Shown piece by piece: positions 11,809 to 23,355 of a stretch of DNA of 64,000 bases. The position numbers and the translations under genes were made by a program. A model generated the notes under the pieces. That model saw only the letters and a list, made by a program, of their open reading frames with translations. It ran no database searches and had not been told where the DNA came from. The stretch is from Amphiscolops sp. MND2022 (taxonomy: Eukaryota), in the NCBI GenBank assembly GCA_964187785.1, contig OZ076421.1, positions 54,002,001 through 54,066,000 of the forward strand. The letters are read 5' to 3'. The stretch's first letter is position 1. Every line of letters begins with the position of its first letter.

Positions 11809-13903
11809 GTGAGTAGAGGTATCATGATCATACTTGCGTAAAGAAATAACACGCATGAAATTACTGTGAAGCTGGTAGCATCGAGACATTAATTTCAAGC
11901 ACAAGTGTTGCTTAGCATAAAAGTCTCAGGAGGCTTGCGCGGAAACAATGCCTTTTAGAACTGACAGGTCATTGACAAAATGAAGTCAGAAAATTGTTGA
12001 AAATCAACTGACTTTTTCTGCGACTCATCGATGAGACCAGTCATAAGAGTTTCACACATCCAGAGCATCTAAAAAACGCAAAATCTCTAAGCAATCGTCT
12101 CATTCCCCAACCAAACCGTTTTGATTCACCGTATCACTAGGGGTTTGGAAAACTGAAAACAATTCTAGCAAGAAATCGCGAACAATCCTTACCCTGGTTG
12201 GAACTGCTTGACCTTTTTACATGTTTTTGTAGGTTACCAAGCTAATCTTCCATGATTTTATAAACTTCTCAAAGAAACGTCCATGAAATATAACTTCACT
12301 GATTTGATTTAGTTTTATCAAGCTGCCTATAAGATGCATCCTAAAATTGGCGGCAATTGTGCGCCGCAAAGTTTTGTAGGTTTCATTAAGACGTCGTTCT
12401 AATTTTGCAAGCAGCTGAGACCTTCATCAATTTTACCGCGCTTGCAATGCAAATAAACTTCAGTCACTTTATAGGTTTCAAAAAAGCGTCATATTCAGCG
12501 TGCTATTTGGCTAACGGTGATTACATAAGGTACTTACATGAGAAACTTACGCGTGTAAGCAAAGTGATCGCTGCTTTGAAGAAGAGGAAATGTTTTCAGT
12601 TTTGATTAAATTAGTGGAGGCTGCATTGTAATCCTATAAAATGTTTCCATGCATGGTCCCGGAATTTTTCATGTTTTGTAAAAAATTAGCCTGTATGTTT
12701 CCATGCAGCATGTAAAAAGTTCAAGCAATCCCGACTAGGGTATGATGTTTTTAATAATGATGTCGCAAGCTAACGGCAAGCTGTGTTGTTGGTTAACTTA
12801 CCAGGCCGAGTTGGAGAAATCTGCAGGGAGGGCGTTTTTTTTGTTCGGACTCATCTCTCAAAAGTTCTAGTTTGCCACCCTAGGATGAAATGCATCACGC
12901 GTGGAAGGAGGTCCCGCTTCTATTGACTTCTTCTTAACTGATCTTACTTGACTGTTAGGTAAGCAATGCCAGAATCAAAGGTCTCATAGCGCCTAAAATT
13001 GACTAAAAGTAAGCACTATTAATTTACTGAATTCCTGAGTGAGCATTATAAAGTCTACAATCATGATAAATACCTCGCGTCTCTCTTCAGTTTTTGATAA
13101 GTTCTGTTAAAGAAATGCAATTTTTATGTCTTGATGGTGCCTTATTCGAGTTTTTTGACACTTCAGGAGTCATAAGTTTTGTTACTTGTAATCCTGGATC
13201 ATATTTCAAAGCCTTCCCTTCCCACTACATCGTTTTCCAAGCTGATTCACTTTTTCCGGAGTTTTAAGTATCGAACTAGCTGATCATTCTAATGATATTT
13301 CAGTCCCCCACGTTCAAGGAAAACCATCTATATTCATGGACTTTTCAGTCGGAAGAATTTAAATGCACGACTTTTATCTTCATTGTGGTATTTTTGCGAA
13401 AACCGTGACATGATTCCGCTAACCGGCAATTTTTTTAACCGTTTACACTCGCGAGCCTCAAATAAAAACCAAATTACACGCGTCTCCGCCTCTCAATAAC
13501 TGCGATAGGGTTCCGCTTAGAATGGTTTTTTTCTAGTTGGAAGTCCTTTTCTTGCAGTAATCCAGAAGTGTCTATCTCACTTGCAGGATGGTAAATGATT
13601 TTTTAACAGACATTTGTGAAGTCTATTCCGAAAATGTAAAAAGGATTCATCTGAATAATTGAACAGGGTTTTGAACATGGATCACGAAAAACACTGTGAA
13701 GAAGTTAATTGGGACTAAAATTATTGACAAATTACAATTCCAGCCATTTTGACTATTTGCGACACAGCTAAGGAAACATCCCAGCAACAATTATCGAAAG
13801 CTTAGGGGAATTTTTGCCTGGCTAAGGTGGACCCACTTACTATACACATTATGTCAGTAAAAAAACCACCCCCCCAAAAAAAAAATAACAAACTACGTTT
13901 CAG

Positions 13904-14127
13904 GAACCGATGATCCTAATGGGGCGGATTACCCTTTTGAGATTTTTACCGTGACCGATAATGCCATGACGTCCTACTTGAATGGTCCTATTGTCAGCGA
14001 AGACTCAACAAGTGACAACTCTAATGGTGCTGATTCGGATGGTGTCGAAAATTCAGTGATTACAAACCACTGCTCGGCAAGTTCAATCCTCGCTTTCACA
14101 ATCATCGGATTCTCTCTTCAAATCTGA
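13904..14127 (+). CDS. Putative terminal exon of a host gene with a Ser/Asp-rich stalk and hydrophobic C-terminal (GPI-signal-like) tail
   Basis: tttcag acceptor, phase 1. Stop-free frame TDDPNGADYPFEIF...NHCSASSILAFTIIGFSLQI* with ATTAAA hexamers downstream. Confidence 0.45.
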
Positions 14128-14354
14128 CTTTGTTTCAAACCCAAAAACTGATTATCTCCTGAACGAGAATTCAAAATACTCCTCACACCCCATTAAACAG
14201 GTCAATTCGGTTTTCACCTGAACAAATATAACACTTTTTCTTTCCTATTAAAATGATAATGTTATAGTAGTCAAGTTTTCAGGCACAAGAAAGGAAGTTG
14301 TTGTGTACGCGATTTTCTTTGAAAAACTTATGTCAATATCTAGCAGATCAGATG

Positions 14355-14886
14355 TTTTCAGTAGAAAATGAGCCCGACTATTACAGTGAGTAGTTTTTTA
14401 AGACGCATAAGGTCCACTTTTTGTTCATTTGTTCAACAACGTCAACTTGAACTACGGACGTGCAAAACATACTCGAAATGCCAGAACCTCGTCCAAAACA
14501 GAACCATTGACGTCCAGAACCTCGAAAATATTCTAAAGATCCCCCTTTGGTGTTTTTTCACTCGGATTTTTTTCGCACTATGCGACTTTTTTGAAATTTT
14601 TTGGATTGCACCAAAGGGCCTCCTCTTCGTTTGTTTCCATGTTTTGCAAGACAATGGATGTCAAAAAGTCCCAAAGGGACCCCCCTTTTACATTTTTCGG
14701 CACTGTGACACTGTTCACAAACTCATTTTAAAATTTTTCCCGGAATTTTTTAAAATCTCCCAAGGGTCCCCCTTCAATTTTTTTTATATTTTGCAACGAA
14801 CTGGAGTTTCACAAAGCCCAAAGTGTACCCCTTTTACATTTTTGAGCCTCAGATATAGCGCCGACTTTAATCGTTCTCGGCTTGTT
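14355..14886. mobile_element. Non-autonomous Helentron/DINE-1-like (HINE) element, copy A
   Basis: Diverged reverse complement of 19252-19782. Has the GCGCCGACT subterminal motif, internal AAGGG-N-CCCCCTTT-like repeats, and ends ...CGTTCTCGGCTTGTT. Confidence 0.6.
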
Positions 14887-17794
14887 ATAATTGAATTGGG
14901 CAGCTGGATAAGCGTCATGTCACTTTTCAGGAAGGCCACAAAAAAGTGAAAATATCTTTGAGTGCTTGGAAATTTCATTGAGTACTGATATTGTTTCACT
15001 TGTCTTTTATTCAGTTGTTGAAAAGTTTTCCCTTTAGCCTCCACCTGACCATCTAAGTTCTCAAGGTCACATTTTTAGATGCCTTCAAAACACAATGGGA
15101 TTATTGAGGAGAAGATCTCCCAAGATTCCTATTTCAGCAGAATTACGACTGTCAGATATTTTTAAGATCTTCCATTCAACAGACGTTGCTACTATGCCGT
15201 TGTTCACGTTTTTTGCCCACCAATAACCTACTGGAGAGAAAGTGATTAGATGAAGCTTTTTACGCTGCTATGGCCGATATCTCAACATTTGGCAAGCCGT
15301 TGTTCTGTTGTTTTTTAATCTACAGGGATATTTTTTTTGGCTGCGATGGTTCAGACAGCAATATCTTGTCAGATCTAGAGATTTGTTTTCGATGTTCGAC
15401 CGCATAAACTAGAACAATTGAAGAATAAGAGTCCGTGTAAGTTTGTTGATTCTATGTAACGACAAGCGCTAGCGCTTAACCGAGACTTAGAAGTGGAGGA
15501 ACTAGAACGATGAATATGATCCGGGACCTAGATCTCCACAGCCCTTGCTCATTTTGCCTCCAAGGGAGCCAGTCCCAAGGTGGGGGAAACGTCTTATGAG
15601 ATACTCTCTGGCCTGGTCCCCGTTTTTAACTGCTAAGAATAACAGGCATCTTCCTTGGGCTAAAGAACACTGCTTAATTAGCCTTTGAAAAGGGGGGCGA
15701 AAGACTGAATTGAATTTGAACCATATATCTGGGAAATCTGATGAATCGTCAATAATGAAATAGCACAGATGTTATTCAGACAGCTCTCGAGCATATCAAT
15801 CTAAACTACGATAACGTACAATAAATACAACAGTTTGAGTCCGTTTCGTCCATGGGTAAGACCGAAAGGAGGTCGAGCTGGTAACACCACAGAACACCAC
15901 AGGGATCTTTAGGCAGACATCCGGATTCACAGGTTTCAGCTCCAAAAGTAGTGAAATCTTGTCTGAAATTGCCCAATTCCGTGAACAATATGTACGAATA
16001 GCTGCTCTTGCTGCTGGTCTTGCTTTTTTCGTTCTCGCGGGCAGCGTTCTGTGTCTTTTGAGGCTGTTTCTGGGAAAGCAAGGTACTTTGCTTCAAACAT
16101 GCTCAGGCTTCCACGTCAGATTTGAACGAAATTTTGGTAAACTTGTTGGAATATGTTGGTATCGGCAGTTACCGTTACACCAGTTTACCGACGTTCGGGT
16201 CATTGGGTTCCTGTAGTTCATACTGTAGGAAGGGTTACAGATCTTTAAGTCGCTAACGGACCGCTGTAGTTGCTTTTTCAGGTCGTTTTTTGTACAGTAG
16301 AAAAGGCTTACGTTCGAAGGGGTTATATTCAAAATTTTTATTTCTTGACTCAAAATATCAATGTTTCCTGCTTTTGTGTACGGGAATCTCAGATTGAGCC
16401 TCAAATACTAGCGTTATGAGAAATCAAAATAAATTACCAAAATCACTTGTGTTGTGTACATTCAAAGCCGAGTGAAGTCTTGATTTTCATAGAATTTGTT
16501 CCAGATTTGGCATTTCAAATTTGTACTATTGAAGGTTTTCAAGACAAAATTTTGTTTTATTTCTTATTAAAATTGACTTCATTAAAGTTTAACGGCGACG
16601 TAAGGTATAATTAGACAAGAACTGTTATTTAATAAATCAACTCGCAATGAGAGCTAGGTTTGAAATAGACGTGCGTGAATTAATCTGAAAACTAAGTTGT
16701 TGAGGGTAAAGAAAATTTCAGAAACTTTAAGGGGTCCCACAGTGCCGAAAGATCGTATGTTCGTTTTATGTTCATCTGATTTGCACCACACATGAAATGT
16801 CTTCTTTATAAAGACTATCACAGACCATCCAACAAACCTAAGCTCTTTTGACGTTGTAACAACCCTTAGAGTGTTGTTAAAACTACTAATGCTTTCATTT
16901 GGCTTCAGCAAATACTGGTACAAAGTCGAATAAATTGTCTCAGCTGTATTGAAATGCGAATATGAAAACACACAGCGTTGTAAATTTAGAGAAAAAAATC
17001 CGGCATTCCAAAAACTATTGGATTTAGTGTTTCGTGCACACCATACTATGACCATTGCCCGGGAAACGCGATATTCATACTATGATCCTCTTATGGAACG
17101 CATACTTTTCATACACGGCATTTTAGGGATAAATAAAAAGGACAACATTTAACGTTGCTGTTGATGATTTTACTGTCTATTTCTCAACCAACCAACCAAT
17201 GTCTTTCAGAACCGTGGCAAGTGCTGGCATGGTATGATTTTTTACTTTTATTACTTAAATATTCACTATTAATTTCCAAGAAAGTACAAATCTCCTCAGA
17301 AAGTGGGAATAGCTGTAGCAAAAGAGCACAAGAGTTCAGGTGCAATTATTCGACCGCTTTTTAAACATCGATGGCTTTTAAGTGAGCGGATTCGCATTTG
17401 ATAACGGAACTTCAATGCCAAAAGCATGAACGAAATCGTGACAACAGTTGAACAAACGAAACATGTGAAAACTTTCCTTTCAATCACGGATTAAGGTTAC
17501 TGCGTGCATCAATGAAATTAGGAAAACAAAAAGTTCAGAAAAGATTCGAATCAGCTACCCTGGAATGATCTTGAATTGACATTGCTGAAATGTGGAAACG
17601 TTGAAACAACGAAAGTGGTAACGCTGTGGAAAGGAGTTCACGCTGACTGAATCAGATCTTTAATGAGTTTTTCAAGCCCTCGTGAAATATGTGTAAAAAT
17701 AATCCACCCTGAAATAATTCACTCGTGCTTCAAAGTCTCATTCAAGAACTACTACCTCGTCTCAACCTGGGAATGAATGTTGAAGGAACCTAGC

Positions 17795-19951
17795 TGTCGC
17801 AGGGCTATCCGTGCGAGATGTCCGGAGTGCAACGTAATTGAAGCAGTCAACGACAGCATCTTGATGAATTTACACGTAATTGTGCTTGTAATTTATACTG
17901 CATAATGCGGTTTGTATAAAACAGCATATGCGGTATTATTGACAAAACAGCATAATGATTTCAAGCCTACTTCTGCTTATGCTTTATGCTGCATTATTAG
18001 GTTTTCATAGAACAGCTTATGCGGTATTTCAATCAAAACAGAATAAAGATTAGTCACTCTGGTGCTCACACATATTATGATGTACTATACAGTTTATGCA
18101 GTAATTTCACAAAAACAGCATGATGTTTTTATTCAAAAACAGCATACTGAACACCAGCAGGACAGTGCTAGCGAAATACACTGCATTATGCGGTTTGCAC
18201 AAAACAGCATATGCAGTTTCATTAGAAAAATAGCATAACATCTACACGTGTGTTCATACATACACTTCACGCCACAGTATGCGGAAATTATATAAAAACA
18301 GCATTATGATCTTAATCAAAAACAGCATGATGATCTTATCAGTAGCAGCTTAATGATCATTCACACTGGCGCTCACATATTATGATGTATCATATGGCTT
18401 ATGCGGAATTTTCAAAAAAAACAGCATGATGATTAAAAGTGAAAACAGCATAATGAATATATGTGCGGCGGCGCTAGTAATTTATAATGCAACATGCGGT
18501 TTTCATAAGACAGTATATGCGGAATTATGACAACAGTCAGCATAATCTGCATAAAAATCCGCGTTAATCCGCCGCTACTACAGTGCTATATTTAAACTTT
18601 CTAGGAACATGATGTAACTTCTGACCCTAGAAACATGACGTTATGATGATTTGCATAAAACTGACGGTCATGCTACTACTAATACCACCCAATGGAATGA
18701 TTTGAAGAGAGACCCTTAAAAAATCAATTCAGAACCATCCTTCAACAAAAATCTCACATACAGCGCAGTCAATCACTTTCACGAACGACCCACAATCCCC
18801 AAACTCTGCAGTTTGCTTTCTCTGTAAAGATAACTTCTACAGTCTCATTTCACCTGAGTATCTTTGTAATTCAAAGATTTTTGCACTCAAGACTGTTTTC
18901 AACATGGGAAATAGAAAGAAGAGACGTACAAGGAAAACAGAGTCCCAGTCTCCAGAGAAAGATGAGATTACTTCAAAAACAAGTCTTTCACAAGAACCCT
19001 CACAATTCAGCAATGAAATAGAAGTAATTTCACAAAGACTAACAGAACAAAACAATACTAAGATGACACAGATTGAAGAAGAACTAAACAACAAATTTGA
19101 AGAGATACTTAAAAAAATCAGAACAAACAGAAATTCCACCATAACAACTTATGAAGAGGATGCTGAGAGTAGTCAAACCGGTCCTTCTAACTCGACAAAT
19201 AAAAGTCTCTGGAACACACACGCAGCAAATACAACAATAGATGAATACAAAACAAGCCGAGAACGGCCAAAGTCGGCGCTATATCTAAGGCTCAAAATTG
19301 TAAAAGGGGGACTCGTTGGGTTTTGTGAAACTCCAGCTGGTGGCAAAATCTTAAAAAAATTGAAGGGGGGACCCTTTAAGGACTTAGAAAAATTGCCCAA
19401 AAAAATTTAAAATGTGAATTTTGAACAGTGTCACAGTGCCAAAAAATGTAAAAAAAGGGACCCTTTGGAATTTTCTGACATCCATTGTGTTTTAAAATAT
19501 CGAAACAAATAAAGGGGGGACCCTTTGGTGCAATCCAAAAAGTTTCAAAAAAGTCGCATAGTGAGGGGGGGGGAGGCTTAGGGGAGATCCTTAGTGTGTT
19601 GTCGAGGTTCTGTTTGTTTTGTTTTGTTTTCGTTTTGGACGCGCTTCTTAGGTTCGCCAAGTTGTTGAAGAAATGATCTGAACGAAAAGAAAAGAAACAG
19701 AAAAAAAGTGGACCTTTCGTGTCTAAAAAAAACTACCCACTGTAAGAGTCGGGCACATTTTCTACTAAAATGCGCCGACTAAAAACAGGATGGTTGGTTC
19801 TATCCATTAGAAGTGAGCGAACTAGGTCAACCGTATAGTCCCCTAGGAGTTGTGAACGAAAGGCTAGATGAAACCATTATAATAAACGAAAACAGACAGA
19901 AAGCCGATTATCACATGATGTCAGGGGGAGTGGGATTAGCCGATTATCACA
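17795..19951 (+). repeat. LTR1 (5' LTR, interrupted by a HINE insertion)
   Basis: TGTCGCAGGG...GATTATCACA, followed by the PBS at 19952. Diverged homolog of LTR2 and LTR3. Confidence 0.85.
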
Positions 19952-20200
19952 TGGTGACAGGACCTGCCAAATTATCCTGAGACAAAGTTCTAACAAAACA
20001 AATATCACAAATACATTTGGACGAAACGCAGAACATCTTTTCCTCGAGCATCCCGAACCGCCAGACCCCGTCAATCAGATTCCCAAGCAATTGGGACGCT
20101 TGCAAGGAAAAATCAAAAACCTTCCACATCGAAGGATCTAAACTAACAACGATATGCCTTCACATCAATTTACCAAAGAAAAATAAAACTCAGCAGTGAA
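18904..20200 (+). pseudogene. gag N-terminus starting inside LTR1, split by the HINE and truncated
   Basis: MGNRKKRRTRK...coiled-coil region...DYHMMSGGVGLADYHMVTG reading across the LTR end and PBS, then a frameshifted DPVNQI-containing continuation. Confidence 0.6.
19252..19782. mobile_element. Non-autonomous Helentron/DINE-1-like (HINE) element, copy B, inserted in LTR1
   Basis: Absent from the empty sites at ~23187 and ~26591. Asymmetric subterminal inverted repeats AGTCGGCGC/GCGCCGACT, a terminal hairpin, insertion into an A/T run, and no clear TSD. Confidence 0.7.
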
Positions 20201-21186
20201 ATTGTAGCAACCGCTGACTCCAAGACCCATAAAAATTACACTAATTAAAAACGACTCAACGACTACTACACCTGACACTTATTCGGAGGACCGGTATGAA
20301 TTATACAAGCACACCCCAGATATCTACATACTGCGAGAATTATTTGAACCCAAAATTGAACAAGAAACACAAAAGAATTCACATCAATTCAAAACCTCAC
20401 TTTTCATGTCATGGTAGGAAATGACCAATTTGAACGCCCTTTTGATACAACCCTCCTCGAATTCCAGGTAGCTGATTTTCAATTCCAACAAAACTTCATC
20501 GTGATGTTCAAAAAGGTGACACACTTCTTTCTCAAGATGACTTGTGTACCCACAATAGGGACACTAACTTTGGATCTATGTCATATGCTTCTGAGCCGGA
20601 AAAAACTGACCAACCAGAGGACAAAGTTGAAAATGAATCGATTTGTCAACCCGAAATATAACACCCACCCACCCGCGTCACTTCAATCAAAAAACAGGGG
20701 AACCTCGGCAGAACAGCCTGCCGTGAATAACAATGAACTACAAAAGGTTGAAAAAACTACAGAAATCAAAAATCATGAGCCCTGATTTTTTCAAGAAATT
20801 CAGAAAATTCCCAATTTAACCCTACCCAAGGTGCTATCAAATCTCCCGAAAACAACCAAGAAACTGAAACACAAGGAAAGAAGAAATTGTTATTACATGA
20901 GAAGATGCCAGCGAGTCGGAGATGGGAGAAGACACGGGACCATTTCTTGTACAGTTAGTCAAGCGTTATGACAGACCCTTCATGGCTGTATTCGGAGCTG
21001 GGGAGGGCCTAAAACAAACAGGGAGATTGAGCCTGGATGAAAACGTGAAGATCGAGAGGAGCTAGAACACAAACAAAATTCCAAATACAAGAAGCTGAAA
21101 CCAATCAGAAACAAAAGTTGTCTGATCAAAATTGTGAGAACCTGATCAATTCTCACATTGAATTCTGGAGTCGACTCAAAAAAAAT

Positions 21187-21381
21187 TGTTCATCACCTGG
21201 AACAAGGAACCCGAAAACGGATCGGTGAAGAGCTGATGAAAAAACGGAATGTGTTCATCACTTTGGACAGGAAACCCGAAAACGTGCCTGTTGAATGCTG
21301 ACGAAAATACAAAACTTGTTCATCACTTTGTATAGAAAACCCGGAAAGAAACCTGTTATAAAGCTGATGTGAAATTAAATA
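21187..21381. repeat. 3 x 65-bp imperfect tandem repeat (duplicated at 24591-24785)
   Basis: TGTTCATCAC...ACCCG anchor at 21187, 21252 and 21317. Confidence 0.75.
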
Positions 21382-21715
21382 CGATTGTTTTCTTCTATTA
21401 GGAAATAGGCAAAAATGTTTGAAAATACTGACGTTCTGTTGGCGACTCGATTTCTTCATCATATCCAGATATTTTCTCCCCTTTCGAAGTATTGATTTGG
21501 CAGTTCAAAAAGTTATAACGGGTTGTTCGAATTGCGAACTCTAAGAACTAAGTGAACTACACGAGGAACAATCACAAAGGTCAGAAGGTAGAACTGTTGA
21601 CACTGAGGTTTCAAAGCAGATGACGACAAAGAGACTATACGAGATCGACACGTACAATCGAGGGCATTCATCGATGGACTTGGAGCGGCGTAGATCTGCT
21701 TCAAACAAGCTGGAC

Positions 21716-23355
21716 TGTCGCAGGGCTATTCGTGCGAGATGTCCGGAGTGCAACATAATTGAAGCATTCAACGACCGCATCATGATGACTTTACACGTAA
21801 TTGTGCTTGTAATTTATACTGCATTATGCGGTTTGTATAAAACAGCATATGCGGTGTTTTTGACAAAACAGCATAATGATTTCAAACGTAATTCTGATTA
21901 TGCTTTATGCTGCCTTATGAGGTTTTCATAGAACAGCTTATGCGGTATTTCAATCAAAACAGCATAACAGTTAGTCACTCTGGTGCTCACACATATTCTG
22001 ATGTATTATACAGTTTATGCAGTAATTTCACAAAAACAGCATGTTATTTATATTCAGAAACAGCATATTGAACACCAGCAGGACAGTGCTAGCAATTTAC
22101 ACTGCATTATGCGGTTTGCACAAAACAGCATATGCAGTTTCATTAGAAAAATAGCATAACATCTACACGTGTGTTCATACATACACTTCATGTCACAGTA
22201 TGCGAAAATTCTATAAAAACAGCATGATGACCTTAATCAAAAACAGCATGATGATTTTAATCAGTAACAGCGTAATGATCATTCACACTGGCGCTCACGT
22301 ATTATGATGTATCATATGGCTTATGCGGAAATTTCAGAAAAACAGCATGATGAATAAAAGTGAAAACAGCATTATGAAAATATGTGCGGCGGCGCTAGTA
22401 CATTATACTGCAATATGCGGTTTTCATAAGACAGTATATGCGGAATTCTGACAACAATCAGCATCATCTGAATAAAATTCCGCGTTAATCCACCGCTACT
22501 ACAGGGCTATATTTAAACTTTCTAGGGACATGATGTAACGATTTATTTTTAACTTCTGACCCTAGAAACATGACGTTATGATGATTTGCATAAAACTGAC
22601 GGTCATGCTACTACAAATACCAACTAATGGAGTGATTTGAAAAGAGACCCTTAAAAAATCATTTCATAATCATCATCCAACAAAAATCTCACATACAGCG
22701 CAGTCACTCAATTTCACGAACGACCCACAATCCCCAAACTCTGCAGTTTGCTTTTTCTGTAAAGATAACTTCTACAGTCTCATTTGACCTAAGTTTCTTT
22801 GTAATTCAATGATTACTGCACTCAAGACTGTTTCCAACATGGGAAATAGAAAGAATAAACGTTCAAGGAGAACAGAGTACCAGTCTCCAGAGAGAGATGA
22901 GGTTACTTCAGAAACAAGTCTTTTACAAGAACCTTCACAAATCAGCAATGAAATAGAAGTAATTTCACAAACACTAACAGAACAAAACAATACTAAGATG
23001 ACACAGATTGAAGAAGAACTAAATAACAAATTTGAAATGATACTTGAAGAAATCAGAACAAACAGAAATTTCACCATAACAACTGATGAAGAGGATGCTG
23101 AGAGTTGTCAACCCGGTCGTTCTAACTCGAAAAATAGGAGTCTCTGAAACACACACGCAACAAATACAACAATAGATGAATACAAAATTCAGGATGATTG
23201 GTTCTAGCCATCAGAAATGAGCGAACTAAGACAACCTTATACTTCCCTAGGAGTTGTGAACCAAACGCTAGATGAAACCATTATAATAAACGAAAACAGA
23301 CAGAAAGCCGATTATCACATGATGTCAGGGGGAGTGGGATTAGCCGATTATCACA
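21716..23355 (+). repeat. LTR2 (recombinant middle LTR, 1640 bp)
   Basis: Matches LTR3 up to 23266 and LTR1 from 23303 onward; followed by the PBS at 23356. Confidence 0.88.

Noticed and set aside
14368-14949. 193-aa ORF (and 19173-19676 ORFs) as host genes
   Set aside because: They lie within the non-coding HINE-like repeat, have low-complexity F/K-rich translations, and are not conserved between the two copies.
14950-15450. Leucine-rich-repeat gene remnant on the - strand
   Set aside because: Only loose Leu periodicity with many stops; cannot be supported by eye.
15806-16404. Cys-containing ORF pair as a zinc-finger or viral gene
   Set aside because: Two different frames, no recognisable motif spacing, and no supporting context.
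21187-21381. CRISPR-like repeat-spacer pattern (65-bp period)
   Set aside because: Only three degenerate copies, and the intervening parts are also similar to each other, so it is an ordinary decayed tandem repeat.
21620-21931. 103-aa ORF duplicated at 25024 as a gene
   Set aside because: It spans the internal/LTR junction and runs into the motif array; its duplication is explained by the 3.4-kb tandem event.
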